Positions 10,601 through 19,359 of a DNA stretch of 64,000 nucleotides are shown here, one piece after another (within the stretch, counting starts at the first letter, position 1; each line of letters starts with the position of its first letter). Under the pieces are notes generated by a model that did no database searches, had not been told where the DNA came from, and saw only the letters and a list, made by a program, of their open reading frames with translations. The translations under genes and the position numbers were made by a program. Origin of the DNA: Candidatus Fervidifonticultor sextus (GTDB lineage: Bacteria; Sysuimicrobiota; Sysuimicrobiia; Sysuimicrobiales; Humicultoraceae); NCBI GenBank assembly GCA_031459875.1, contig JAVKHQ010000004.1:1-64000 (forward strand), read 5' to 3'.

Positions 10601-12080
10601 CCGTCAGACCGCCGGTCCCGCCGTGCGCGGCCATAGTGCCGGACATCCGGCCCTCGAGCGCAGGGAGTCCCCCGGGCGCCAGGCGCCCGAGCAGGGACGT
10701 CCGGGTGCCGTCGAAGCGCAGCGCCAGGAAGAACTCCGGTGCTCCCAGCGTCCAGATCCCGCTGCCAGAGACGTACCCGCCGGCCGCCTCCCCGCGCGCG
10801 TGCATCAGGCTGACGGTGTTGGCGTACAGAGCGATCGCTGCGGACGCACGCTCGACGGGTTGGCGGTCGAGGCGGAGGCGGCTCGCCTCCACGCGGCCTT
10901 CCACCCGCGGGGCGCTGGCCGCCCCCAGGATCCGGACCTCGCCGCGTACGACCCCTGCCAGGCGGGATCCCCATGAAGGAAAGAAGAGCCGGCCCAGCGT
11001 GGCGAGATCTGCCGCAGACGAGCGGACCACGAGGTCGAGGTGCGGCTCATCGTAGAAACTGGCCTCGCCGCGCACCTCCAGCGGCACGCCGTTGAGGCGG
11101 CCACGCAGCCCGGAGGTGCGCAGCCAGCGGTCGGCGATCTCGACCTCGCCCGCCACCTGAGAGAGCGCGACCCGCCGGCGGGGAAACACCGCAGCCCCGT
11201 CGCGCACCCTCACGCGGCCGGAGACATCGGTGACCGGTCCCCGGCGTCCGCCGGTGCGCAGGATGTGCAGCGCGACGTCCCCGGACCCGCCGGTCATGCG
11301 AAAGGCGGGGAAGTTCACCAGATACGGCCCCCACGCGCCCAGGTCGACGGCGGAGGCCTCCAGATCCAGGTCGAGGATCCCGCGCTCCAGCCCATACGAG
11401 CCCGTGACGCGCCCGGCCACGCGCCGGCCGTCCCGCTCCTCGACCAGCGAACCGCGGAAGAGGACCTGAGGACTGTGCGCAAAATCCACCGAACCACTGA
11501 CATCCGTCAGGTGCGCCCGGAAGGTGCGCGGGAAGAGGCGGCGCTGATCCTCGAAGGTCACGGTCCCGCCGAGGATCACCACGCGCCCGACGAAGGGCGC
11601 CTCGCCCGGGGGCCGGGGAGCGGGCGGGGCGAGGCCGGTGATGTTCCAGCGTCCGGCGGCATCCCGCTTCACGTGGAGCGCCGGCTCGTCGAGGAGGACC
11701 TGCGCGATGCTCCCGGCGGCCCCGCGCCGCCGCCAGACGTCGCGCAGCAGCGACCGCCAATCCACGAAGATGGTGACGCGGCGCGCGGTGAGCACCGTCT
11801 CCTCCCTCGGCTGGATCGCCCGGACGGAGACATCTTCGAGGACCAGCCCGCGCCAGGGATCGCCGGCGACCCGGCCCACGGCGACGTCGCGGCGGAACGC
11901 GGCGGACAGCACCATCACGGAGAGTTCGCGCGACCGCTGCGCCACCGCCCGCACCGACCACACCGCGGCCAGCCCGGCGGCGACGAGCACCACCAGGAGG
12001 ACGCCGACTGCCACAGAGCGCCTGGACCGGAAGGACACGCTACCGGTTCCCCCTCGCGCTCCCCCGCGATCGCCCATCAC
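7644..12080 (-). CDS. tamB: TamB/AsmA-like translocation and assembly module protein
   Basis: 1478 aa, N-terminal anchor, beta-taco repeats, C-terminal LRSDPDL...IGKRL...EYRF (DUF490-like). Confidence 0.88.
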   Translation of the reverse strand: MMGDRGGARGGTGSVSFRSRRSVAVGVLLVVLVAAGLAAVWSVRAVAQRSRELSVMVLSAAFRRDVAVGRVAGDPWRGLVLEDVSVRAIQPREETVLTARRVTIFVDWRSLLRDVWRRRGAAGSIAQVLLDEPALHVKRDAAGRWNITGLAPPAPRPPGEAPFVGRVVILGGTVTFEDQRRLFPRTFRAHLTDVSGSVDFAHSPQVLFRGSLVEERDGRRVAGRVTGSYGLERGILDLDLEASAVDLGAWGPYLVNFPAFRMTGGSGDVALHILRTGGRRGPVTDVSGRVRVRDGAAVFPRRRVALSQVAGEVEIADRWLRTSGLRGRLNGVPLEVRGEASFYDEPHLDLVVRSSAADLATLGRLFFPSWGSRLAGVVRGEVRILGAASAPRVEGRVEASRLRLDRQPVERASAAIALYANTVSLMHARGEAAGGYVSGSGIWTLGAPEFFLALRFDGTRTSLLGRLAPGGLPALEGRMSGTMAAHGGTGGLTVAGQARLGGVRVWGLDLDGLEASFRYGGAGVVVEHALARRGGAWLAARGSVPRRGPLSLEVHAGAPEVAALPAAPLRHLASGPADVSARIGGTVEAPGVAGAVQMQGGLLGPLAFDTASGRFAWRGGTLDVQDARVRAGHARYQASGSIRLVPALRLALDLEADRVPAATIGRAFGLPVAITGTVDGRVRLEGPPARPAAWGSVSVREGEVLGQAIDEASAAFRWDGRLLVVEGGRLLRGQSVLSAAGRYDRLTGLDLDLSARGLRLRDLTVPSPVLARLDGTVDVTGRITGPPASAALALAAASSDLTIGGLRFDEASGSIRWQAGALRLDPLALRLGEGRYEIAGEVGLRDSPRLSLHATVNEGRLSTLLTLGGARLALPLEGVVSGTASLEGSLANPAARLDLRLSTGRFGDHALAGGQVDLTLRDGAVTIEALELRPPRGRVAATGRFDLRGESQVEVSGSELDLDFLRPVLGFRRPVVGRIDFTTQLGGTLASPEIGLDLEIARGGVEGSTFDSLVAGAFYKDGVLNLSQALLVQGGHRLRASGILPFNPALRRFDERGPLDLRLQLAEVNLGLLRLVSDRVDEARGAVEGEVRVNGTAAAPRLSGGIQVRDGHLRLRGLASPIETLNLQLRFEDQTIRLAEASARIGGGQVRLDGETRLALGPPVSPALVVPPEAPLVLQGSGVRMAVPPVLDARLDGTLRVWGTLGDPRRPPTVDGGVTLSEGTITMAPLAGREATALPLVFQSLRLQAGRDLSVRVGALRFGVKPEESLVLTGTLRDPRLEGTVEAERGTVTALGNTFDLVEGTATFRPPMGLRPVVSARAETAVGPTAIRLMVHGTAPDALTLDLRSDPDLPREEIVRLLGSQAGITGLVAGDINAALRAELSRRLLGPVTDAVARALGLSEFAIDYDFERPLGLRIGKRLLSNLYLTARSIAASQGEVGRWLWALEYRFARGWQLALQADSLGYRQAVVWYTTRF

Positions 12081-12104
12081 GCGGACGCGGGGAGCCTGGT
12101 GCCC

Positions 12105-13901
12105 CTACGGGGCGCCGATCGTCAGCGGGACCTGCAGGCGGCCGCGCACGACCCACGGGGTGGCCAGGCGGACGCGGACCGGCTGGACCGTCCCGGCACT
12201 GCCGCCGTCTGGGAAACGCGCTGCGGCGGGGATCAGTTCCACCACCACGTCGGTGTTGCGGTCGCGCTCGGCGAAGAGGGCCACCTGCGCCGACGCGGAC
12301 GGGGCCGGGGCCTCGCCCGGTTCGGCGGACAGCAGCGCCATCACCCCTTGCTCGGGGAGGGGCCGCCCGCCGGCCCGGACCAGCAGCGTCGCCTGGCCCA
12401 ACGGAAACTCCTGGGGCACCGGCACCTCGACGCTGCGGACCTCGGCCTCCCCCTGGAACGGCCTCAGGGTGATCCGGACGACGGCCGTCTCGCCGCGCTG
12501 CAGGCGGGAGCGCTCCGCCACCGCCTCCACGACGGACGCGGTTTTCCGCGTCTGCTCCACTTCCGCCTCGACGGTGACGTCCACGGGGCCGGTCCGCACG
12601 AATTCGTTGGCGAACAGGAGCCGCAGGGCCTCGGGCAACTCCAGCAGCGCGGCAGAGCCGATGTCCCGGGCGTGGTAGAAGACGTTCTCGCGCACCAGCG
12701 GCCCGTCCAGACCGCGGGCCCTCAGCACCAGGCGGACGCGCGCCGTTCCCTCGCCCACGCGGTCCAGCGCCCGGTCCACCGCTTCGATCGTCGAGACGAG
12801 GACCAGCAGGGGCCCCACCTGGGGGTCGCGCACGACCTGCGTCCCCAGGGTGACCGTGCGCCCGCGGTCGCGGTCGGTGACCCTGGCGCGGACCCCAACC
12901 ATCGGCGGCAGCACACCGAGCCGTCCGCCGATCCCGGCGCGGCGGTCCTCGAGGACCACCCCCACTGGCGCGCCGGCCGAGCCGACCTTGAATGGAAAGG
13001 CTGTGCTGCGGACCACCTCATGGATGGACGCCGCGGTCAGCAGGTAGCCCGTGCGGCCGCGGTTGAGGAATGGGTGCCCGAAGGCCACGATCGAGTCCCC
13101 CTGCCGGTAGGTGAGCGTGCCGATGGCCACCGCGTTGAGGTCCCCGCGCAACAGTTGCACGCCGATCGCACTGCCCGGCTCAAGCGGCGGCCGGATCTCG
13201 GTGGACGCGCCGGCTGCGCCCTCGATCGGGTGGATGTCCCAGGGGTCAAACCAGGTCCGGAGGAACTGGGCCGCGCGCGAACTCAGGCCGGAGACCAGCA
13301 GCGGCCGCGCCAGCGGCACCATCGCCGCCACGCGGGGCTCCCGCGCCTCCAGCGCGCGCCCCTGGGCCGGCCCGGAGACGATGGCGATCTCCTCGATGGC
13401 CCGGCCCGAGGCCGTCACCGGGTGGGGCAGCCGGTAGCGGTCGGCCCGAGGCGGCGGCATCGAGCGGAGCATGTCGGCGATCGGCGTGACCAGGCCCACC
13501 GTGTGGTCGGCGAACGCCCACCCGAACCCGATGGCGCCGGCCAGGCGGCCGTCGAAGAAGACGGGGCTCCCGCTCATCCCGGCAGCGATGCCGCCGGTCC
13601 GCTGGACCAGCGGGCCCGACGCGCGGATGAGGATCAGGTCGCCGCCCGGCCCGCCGCCAGGCACCACGGCCAGGGCTTCGACATCGAAGGACTCGACCCT
13701 GGTGCCCCGGACGACGGTGCGCGCCTGGCCGCGCATCCCCGGCCGGACTTCCGTCACCGCCATCCAGTCCGCCGCCGGCGATGTGTGGCCCGGGCGGGCG
13801 GCCAGCAGGGATGCCGCCAGCACGACGGCTGCGGCAAGTCCCAGAGCCCCCCTCACCGGAGGCTTCTCCGTGCTGAGGCCCGCCAGGCCGTCCCGCATCA
13901 C
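12105..13901 (-). CDS. SpoIVB-like peptidase S55 domain protein (copy 1)
   Basis: GGIAAGMSGSPV, IGTLTY...AFGHPF, signal peptide; start may be GTG 13856. Confidence 0.85.
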   Translation of the reverse strand: MMRDGLAGLSTEKPPVRGALGLAAAVVLAASLLAARPGHTSPAADWMAVTEVRPGMRGQARTVVRGTRVESFDVEALAVVPGGGPGGDLILIRASGPLVQRTGGIAAGMSGSPVFFDGRLAGAIGFGWAFADHTVGLVTPIADMLRSMPPPRADRYRLPHPVTASGRAIEEIAIVSGPAQGRALEAREPRVAAMVPLARPLLVSGLSSRAAQFLRTWFDPWDIHPIEGAAGASTEIRPPLEPGSAIGVQLLRGDLNAVAIGTLTYRQGDSIVAFGHPFLNRGRTGYLLTAASIHEVVRSTAFPFKVGSAGAPVGVVLEDRRAGIGGRLGVLPPMVGVRARVTDRDRGRTVTLGTQVVRDPQVGPLLVLVSTIEAVDRALDRVGEGTARVRLVLRARGLDGPLVRENVFYHARDIGSAALLELPEALRLLFANEFVRTGPVDVTVEAEVEQTRKTASVVEAVAERSRLQRGETAVVRITLRPFQGEAEVRSVEVPVPQEFPLGQATLLVRAGGRPLPEQGVMALLSAEPGEAPAPSASAQVALFAERDRNTDVVVELIPAAARFPDGGSAGTVQPVRVRLATPWVVRGRLQVPLTIGAP

Positions 13902-15676
13902 CGGATCAGGATGGGGATGCGCTCCACCCCCTGGATGACCCAGTCGGAGCGCGTCAGGCGGCCGGCCTGGACGTCGAACCGGGTGAAGTCCTGTCCGGTC
14001 GTGGGAAGGCCAAACGGCTGGAGGCGCACCAGGATGTCGGTGTTCTTCCCGAAGGTCTCAAAGAGCCTCAGCGCGGCTTCCAGGCTGTCTACCCCCCAGG
14101 GCGCGGGCTCCGCGGCCAGCGCGCCCGACAGGCGGGCTTCGACGGGCACATTGGGATTGTCGAAGCCAGCCGATCTCACCACCAGCACGGCGGGGCCGCG
14201 GGGATAGTCCCGGGGCACCGGGACCTCGATCACGCGCGTGACCGGGCGCTCGGCCAGGTAGGGCTGGAGCGCGACCCGCACGCGCAGCATCCCGCCGGGG
14301 GAGACCTCCCGCGAATCCACCGCCACATCCACGATCGAGGCCGTGATCCGCTTCTTCGTGAGCACGGTCTCCACGGTGAGGTCGATGGGCTCGAGGGTCT
14401 TGAGATCGTTGTAGAAGGCCAGTTCCATGGCGTCCACGATGTCGAGCACCGAGGCCGTGGCCACGTCCCGCGTGCTGTAGAACATGTTCTCGCGCACGAT
14501 CGGCGCCGGCAGCCCCTTGGCCCGCAGGGTCAGCTTCACCGTGGCCGTCCCCTCGCCGCCTCCCTGGCTGCGCGCCCGCTCGGTGGCCGACAGGGCCACC
14601 AGCGGCGCGAACAGGCGCGCCATGTCTCGCCGGCGCACCACCTGCGAGCCCAGCTGGACCCGCGTCCCCGTCTCCTGGTCGGTCACGACGACCCGGATGT
14701 TGAAGAACCGGGGCAGCCTGCCCAGCGTGCCCGCGATCCCGGCGCCGCGGTCCTGGTCGATGATCCCGATGATCTCACCCAGGTTGCCCACCTTGAACGG
14801 CCGGGGCAGGGCGGTGACCACTGTCAGGATCTCCGAGGCGGTCAGCGCGTACTCCACGTCGCCGGCGTTCTCCCACGGGTGCCCGCACACGAGGACCCGG
14901 TTGCCGACGCGCATCGTCACGGTACACACCCCGCCGAAGTCCACGTCGCCCCGGGCCTCCTGGATCCCGACGGAACTGCCGGGCACGATGGGCTGCGCCG
15001 CGAAGTCACCACGTCCGCCGTGGCCCTGGAGGATCTCGTGCCCAAGGGGCTTGATCAGGTCGGCCAGCAGTTGGTTGGCCCGGGGCGACAGCCCGCGGGT
15101 GAAGACGGCCACGGCCGGCGTGGCCACCGCGATCCCCGGGCCGTCTGGCACCCGCGCCGGCGGCCGGAGGCCCGGCGCCACCACCACGCGGTCGACCAGC
15201 CGCCCGCCGATCAGGTGCGGACGCGATGCGTGGTAGACCGGCGAGAGCTGGCTCGACGGGGTGCGGCGCTCGAGGATCTTCAACATCTCCTCGATGGGCG
15301 TGGCCAGCACGATGTCGCGCCGCGGACTCTGCCACGCGAAGGATGCGCTGAGGGCGCCGATCAACTTCCCGTTGATGTACAGGGGGCTCCCGCTCATGCC
15401 CGCAGCCGACCCGCCGGTCCGTTCCGCCAGCGGCCCCTGCATGCGGAACAGGATGAGCCGGTCCACGCCGATCGATCCGCCGCCGGCCTGGAGGATGTCC
15501 ATGACCTCGAAGGCGAAGTCGTCGACCCGCTGACCAGAGACGACGGTCTTGCCGATGCCCTTCATGCCGGGCCGGACCTCGGACAGGCGCATGATGGCCG
15601 GCCCCGGCTGTGCCAGGCTGGTCGCAGGCGTGGCCACGACGAGGGCCAGGACCAGGACCGTAAGTGCACGTCTCAC
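13898..15676 (-). CDS. SpoIVB-like peptidase S55 domain protein (copy 2)
   Basis: GMKGIGKTVVSG, AGMSGSPLYINGKLIGA, CGHPW; GTG start after GAGGGGGA RBS. Confidence 0.85.
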   Translation of the reverse strand: MRRALTVLVLALVVATPATSLAQPGPAIMRLSEVRPGMKGIGKTVVSGQRVDDFAFEVMDILQAGGGSIGVDRLILFRMQGPLAERTGGSAAGMSGSPLYINGKLIGALSASFAWQSPRRDIVLATPIEEMLKILERRTPSSQLSPVYHASRPHLIGGRLVDRVVVAPGLRPPARVPDGPGIAVATPAVAVFTRGLSPRANQLLADLIKPLGHEILQGHGGRGDFAAQPIVPGSSVGIQEARGDVDFGGVCTVTMRVGNRVLVCGHPWENAGDVEYALTASEILTVVTALPRPFKVGNLGEIIGIIDQDRGAGIAGTLGRLPRFFNIRVVVTDQETGTRVQLGSQVVRRRDMARLFAPLVALSATERARSQGGGEGTATVKLTLRAKGLPAPIVRENMFYSTRDVATASVLDIVDAMELAFYNDLKTLEPIDLTVETVLTKKRITASIVDVAVDSREVSPGGMLRVRVALQPYLAERPVTRVIEVPVPRDYPRGPAVLVVRSAGFDNPNVPVEARLSGALAAEPAPWGVDSLEAALRLFETFGKNTDILVRLQPFGLPTTGQDFTRFDVQAGRLTRSDWVIQGVERIPILIR

Positions 15677-15770
15677 ACGACGTCCCCCTCTCATGACCTC
15701 GGGGTGAGCGAGACGCGACGGGGTTGTCCCCGTCGCGTGCAGGAGCTGCAGAACGAGCGCCTTCCCCTTC

Positions 15771-16082
15771 CTACTTGGGATCGAGGCGGGCCACCACGAT
15801 CCCGAGTTCGCGGATGACCGTCCCCGGCCTGACGAGGATCTCCACCACGCGGCCGTCCACGGGCGCCCTGGCCGCGACCCCTCGCCCGGTCTGGGTTCGG
15901 ACATAGACCAGCGGGTCGCCTTCCTTCACCTCGTCACCCGGCTTGGCCAGGCCCTCGGGGAGGACCTCGCCGCGCAGGGTCGCCTTGACCTCCACGACCG
16001 GCTTGGGCGCCGCGGCGCCAGAGGCCGCCAGGGCGACCACGACGACCGCCACACCCACCCACACCGAAGCCCGCATCCGCAT
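15771..16082 (-). CDS. Exported biotinyl/lipoyl-like domain protein
   Basis: Signal peptide, KPGDEVKEGDPL...APVDGRVVEILVRPG; no MKM/DKA lysine. Confidence 0.75.
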   Translation of the reverse strand: MRMRASVWVGVAVVVVALAASGAAAPKPVVEVKATLRGEVLPEGLAKPGDEVKEGDPLVYVRTQTGRGVAARAPVDGRVVEILVRPGTVIRELGIVVARLDPK

Positions 16083-16096
16083 GATGTCTCGCCCGC

Positions 16097-16105
16097 ATTA
16101 TAGCA
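16097..16105 (-). promoter_or_regulatory. Extended -10 promoter TGcTATAAT for the OM cluster
   Basis: Perfect TGnTATAAT 14 nt upstream of ATG 16082 in a GC-rich background. Confidence 0.7.
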
Positions 16106-16134
16106 TGCCCGGCGCAGGCGGGGCCCAGTCGGGG

Positions 16135-17283
16135 CTACGGCACGAACTCGTCGGGGCGCTGGTCGCTCATCCCGAACCAGACGCGCAGCGCCTGGAGGAT
16201 GCGCCCGGCGGCCCGGCCGTCGCCGTACGGGTTGCGCACACCGGCCATGGCCGCGCGCGCGGCCGGATCGGCCAGCAGCCTGCCGGCTCGCTCCACGATC
16301 CGCTGGCGCGAGGTCCCCACGATCTCCACCGCACCGGCATCGACGCCCTCGGGCCGCTCGGTGACGTCGCGCAGGACGAGCACCGGCGTACCCAGGGACG
16401 GCGCCTCCTCCTGGACGCCGCCGGAATCGGTGAGGATCAGGTGCGCCCGCGCCATCAGGCGCACGAACGGCCCGTAGTCCGGCGGTTCGATCAGGTGGGC
16501 GCGCGGATGAGCCCCCAGGATCTCCTCGGCGATCCGCCGCACCGCGGGGTTGGGGTGCACCGAGAAGACCACCGTGACGTCGGGAAAGCCCTCCAGCAGA
16601 TCCAGCAGGGCCAGGTAAATCTGCCGGAGGGGCTCCCCCCAGTTCTCGCGCCGGTGGGTCGTGACCAGGAGCATGCGGCGGTCGTCCAGCGGCGGCAGGC
16701 CCGCCGGCAGGGCCACATCGGTGCGGCCGGCGACCTCCAGCAGCGCATCGATCACCGTGTTTCCGGTCACGACGATCCGCTCGGGGGCCACCCCCTCGCG
16801 CAGCAGGTTGGCCCGCGCCGCCGGGGTGGGGGCGAAGTGCAGGTCGGCCAGCACCGTGGTCAGGCGGCGGTTGACCTCCTCGGGAAACGGCCGGTACTTG
16901 TCCTGGGTGCGCAGCCCGGCCTCCACGTGCCCGATGGGGATGCGGTGGTAGAAGGCGGCCAGCGCGCCCAGCATGGTGGACGACGCATCGCCCTGCACGA
17001 GGACCATCGCCGGGCGGAACCGGGCCATCACGGGATCCAGACGCTCCAGCGACCGCACCGCGATGTCGAACAGGGACTGCTCCGGGAGCATGATGTCCAG
17101 GTCGCAGTCGGGGGTGATGGCGAACAAGCGGAGGACCTGGTCGAGCATCTCGCGGTGCTGCGCCGTGGCCACGACGATGGGGGCGAACTCCGGGCTCTCG
17201 CGCAGGCGCGCGATGACGGGCGCCATCTTGACCGCCTCGGGACGCGTCCCGAAGACGGTCATGATGGGAAGCCGGCCCTTCAC
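16135..17283 (-). CDS. wecB: UDP-N-acetylglucosamine 2-epimerase (non-hydrolysing)
   Basis: FGTRPEAVKMAP, GHVEAGLRT, TDSGGVQEEAP, NPYGDG; GTG start overlaps upstream TGA. Confidence 0.95.
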   Translation of the reverse strand: MKGRLPIMTVFGTRPEAVKMAPVIARLRESPEFAPIVVATAQHREMLDQVLRLFAITPDCDLDIMLPEQSLFDIAVRSLERLDPVMARFRPAMVLVQGDASSTMLGALAAFYHRIPIGHVEAGLRTQDKYRPFPEEVNRRLTTVLADLHFAPTPAARANLLREGVAPERIVVTGNTVIDALLEVAGRTDVALPAGLPPLDDRRMLLVTTHRRENWGEPLRQIYLALLDLLEGFPDVTVVFSVHPNPAVRRIAEEILGAHPRAHLIEPPDYGPFVRLMARAHLILTDSGGVQEEAPSLGTPVLVLRDVTERPEGVDAGAVEIVGTSRQRIVERAGRLLADPAARAAMAGVRNPYGDGRAAGRILQALRVWFGMSDQRPDEFVP

Positions 17284-18365
17284 CGGGCGAGCAGCCCCAT
17301 GCGCTGGGCGCCGACCACCAGGATCGCGGCGATGACCCCCAGGGTGGCGATGGCGGCGGGTCGGTTCACGCCCGCCAGCGCCAGGGCGCCAAGCCCCAGC
17401 ACCGCGCTCACCAGGTAGAGCAGAAACACCGTCTGCCGCTGCGTGAGGCCGCGGTCCAGCAGGCGGTGGTGCAGGTGCCCGCGGTCGGGCAGGTAGATGG
17501 GCCGGCCGCTGCGCCAGCGGCGGACGATGGCGAAGGCGGTATCGGCGATGGGCACGCCCAGCGCCAGAATCGGCACCAGGAGGGAGATGGCCGTGTAGGA
17601 CTTGTAGAGGCCCATGACCGACAGTCCGCCCAGCACATAGCCCAGGAACATCGAGCCCGAGTCGCCCATGAAGATGCGCGCGGGGTTGAAGTTGTGCCGC
17701 AGGAAGCCCACCGCGGCGCCCACGAGCGCGGCGGCCAGGGAGACCGCCACCACATCCCGCTTGGCCCAGGCCACCAGGAGCAGCGTGGTGCCGGCTATGG
17801 CCACGATGCCGGCCGCCAGCCCGTCGAGGCCGTCGATGAAGTTGATCACGTTGACCACGGCCACGACCCAGATGATCGTGAACAGCGCGCCCCAGGGGCC
17901 CAGCGCGACGGTCTTGCCCGTCAGCGGATGCGTGAGGAACTGCGTGGCCAGGCCGAAGGGGATCAAGACGCCGGCCGCAGCCAGCATGGCCAGGAACTTG
18001 GCGCCCGGGTGCAGGCCGCGGACGTCGTCGTAGATGCCGCACAGGAAGAGGAACGTCCCGCCCAGCATGATCCCCAGGATGGCGCGGTCGGTCTGGACCA
18101 CGATGGGGATGCGGATGTACGTCTCGGCCCCGCTGCGGACCAGCTCGATGGGCCGGGCAACCACGATCGCCACCAGGGCGGCGGCCACAAACCCCAGGTA
18201 GATGGCCGCGCCGCCCAGGCGCGGGGTGGGCCGGGTGTTGACACGCCGGCCGCCTGGGTAGTCGATGGCGCCCAGGCGCCGGGCGATGCGGCGCACCACC
18301 GGCGCCAGCGCGTTGGTCACCACCAGCGCCACCAGCCCCACCGCCACCGGGACCGGGAACGACAT
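17280..18365 (-). CDS. Undecaprenyl-phosphate GlcNAc-1-phosphate transferase (WecA/TagO family)
   Basis: TPRLGG, GIYDD, NFIDGLDGLA, NFNPARIFMGDSGS, HLHHRL. Confidence 0.92.
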   Translation of the reverse strand: MSFPVPVAVGLVALVVTNALAPVVRRIARRLGAIDYPGGRRVNTRPTPRLGGAAIYLGFVAAALVAIVVARPIELVRSGAETYIRIPIVVQTDRAILGIMLGGTFLFLCGIYDDVRGLHPGAKFLAMLAAAGVLIPFGLATQFLTHPLTGKTVALGPWGALFTIIWVVAVVNVINFIDGLDGLAAGIVAIAGTTLLLVAWAKRDVVAVSLAAALVGAAVGFLRHNFNPARIFMGDSGSMFLGYVLGGLSVMGLYKSYTAISLLVPILALGVPIADTAFAIVRRWRSGRPIYLPDRGHLHHRLLDRGLTQRQTVFLLYLVSAVLGLGALALAGVNRPAAIATLGVIAAILVVGAQRMGLLAR

Positions 18366-18390
18366 CAGCCGAACACCCCCATCTGGTCCG

Positions 18391-19359
18391 CTACGTCAGC
18401 AACGGTTCAAACAACGCGCTGACCGAGCGGTCCTCGTGGATGCGGCGGATGGCCTCCGCGAGCATCGGCGCAATGGACACGACGCGGAGCCGCTCGATGC
18501 GCTTGGCCGCGGAGACGGGAATCGTGTTGGTGACCACGAGTTCCTGGATCGGGCTGGAGGCCAGCCGGTCGATCGCCGGGCCCGAGAGGATGGGGTGCGC
18601 GCAGCACGCGTAGACCTCGACGACGCCGCGGGCCACCAGCGCCTGGGCGGCCGCCACCAGCGTCCCCGCGGTGTCCACGATGTCGTCCACCAGGATCGCC
18701 GTCCGCCGGTAGACCTTGCCGATCACGTGGGTGACCTCCCTGACCTGGTTCGGCCGGTCACGGCGCTTGTCGATGATGGCGATGGGCGCCCGCAGGTCGG
18801 CGGCGAACTCGCGGGCGCGGGCGACCCCCCCGATATCGGGCGAGACCACCACCACGTTCTTGAGGCCCTTGGCGCGGAAGTAGGCGCCCAGCAGCAGGCG
18901 CGAGGGCAGATGGTCCAGCGGGATGTCGAAAAACCCCCAGATCTGCCCGGCGTGCAGGTCCACCGCCAGGATGCGATCCGCGCCCGCCGTGGTCAGCAGG
19001 TTGGCTACCAGCTTGGACGTGATCGGCTCCCGCGGCCGCGTCTTCCGGTCCTGGCGCGCGTAGCCCATGTAGGGCACCACGGCGGTGATGCGGCCGGCGG
19101 ACGCCCGGCGCAGGGCGTCCAGGATGACCAACAGCTCGATGAGGTGCTCGTTCACCGGCGGGCTCGTGGGTTGCACGACGAAGACGTCTTCGCCCCGCAC
19201 GCTCTCCGCGATCCGGACGCTGACCTCGCCGTCGGCGAACCGGTAGGTCTCCATCTCGCCCACCGGCAGGCCCAGCAGGTCGGCCACTTCCTCGGCGAGG
19301 GCCGGATTGGCGGACCCGCTGAAGATCTTCAGGTGGGCCATCGTCGCCCCCGGCGTCAT
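18391..19359 (-). CDS. prs: Ribose-phosphate pyrophosphokinase
   Basis: FADGE, YARQDRK, DLHAGQI, VDDIVDTAGT. Confidence 0.97.
   Translation of the reverse strand: MTPGATMAHLKIFSGSANPALAEEVADLLGLPVGEMETYRFADGEVSVRIAESVRGEDVFVVQPTSPPVNEHLIELLVILDALRRASAGRITAVVPYMGYARQDRKTRPREPITSKLVANLLTTAGADRILAVDLHAGQIWGFFDIPLDHLPSRLLLGAYFRAKGLKNVVVVSPDIGGVARAREFAADLRAPIAIIDKRRDRPNQVREVTHVIGKVYRRTAILVDDIVDTAGTLVAAAQALVARGVVEVYACCAHPILSGPAIDRLASSPIQELVVTNTIPVSAAKRIERLRVVSIAPMLAEAIRRIHEDRSVSALFEPLLT

Noticed and set aside
6834..14207. Very long plus-strand ORFs (1110 aa, 1055 aa)
   Set aside because: Antisense shadows of tamB and the S55 genes, caused by high GC; no recognisable motifs.
12105..15676. SpoIVB-like genes as evidence of sporulation
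   Set aside because: S55 domains occur in non-sporulating bacteria; the architecture differs and the context is OM biogenesis.
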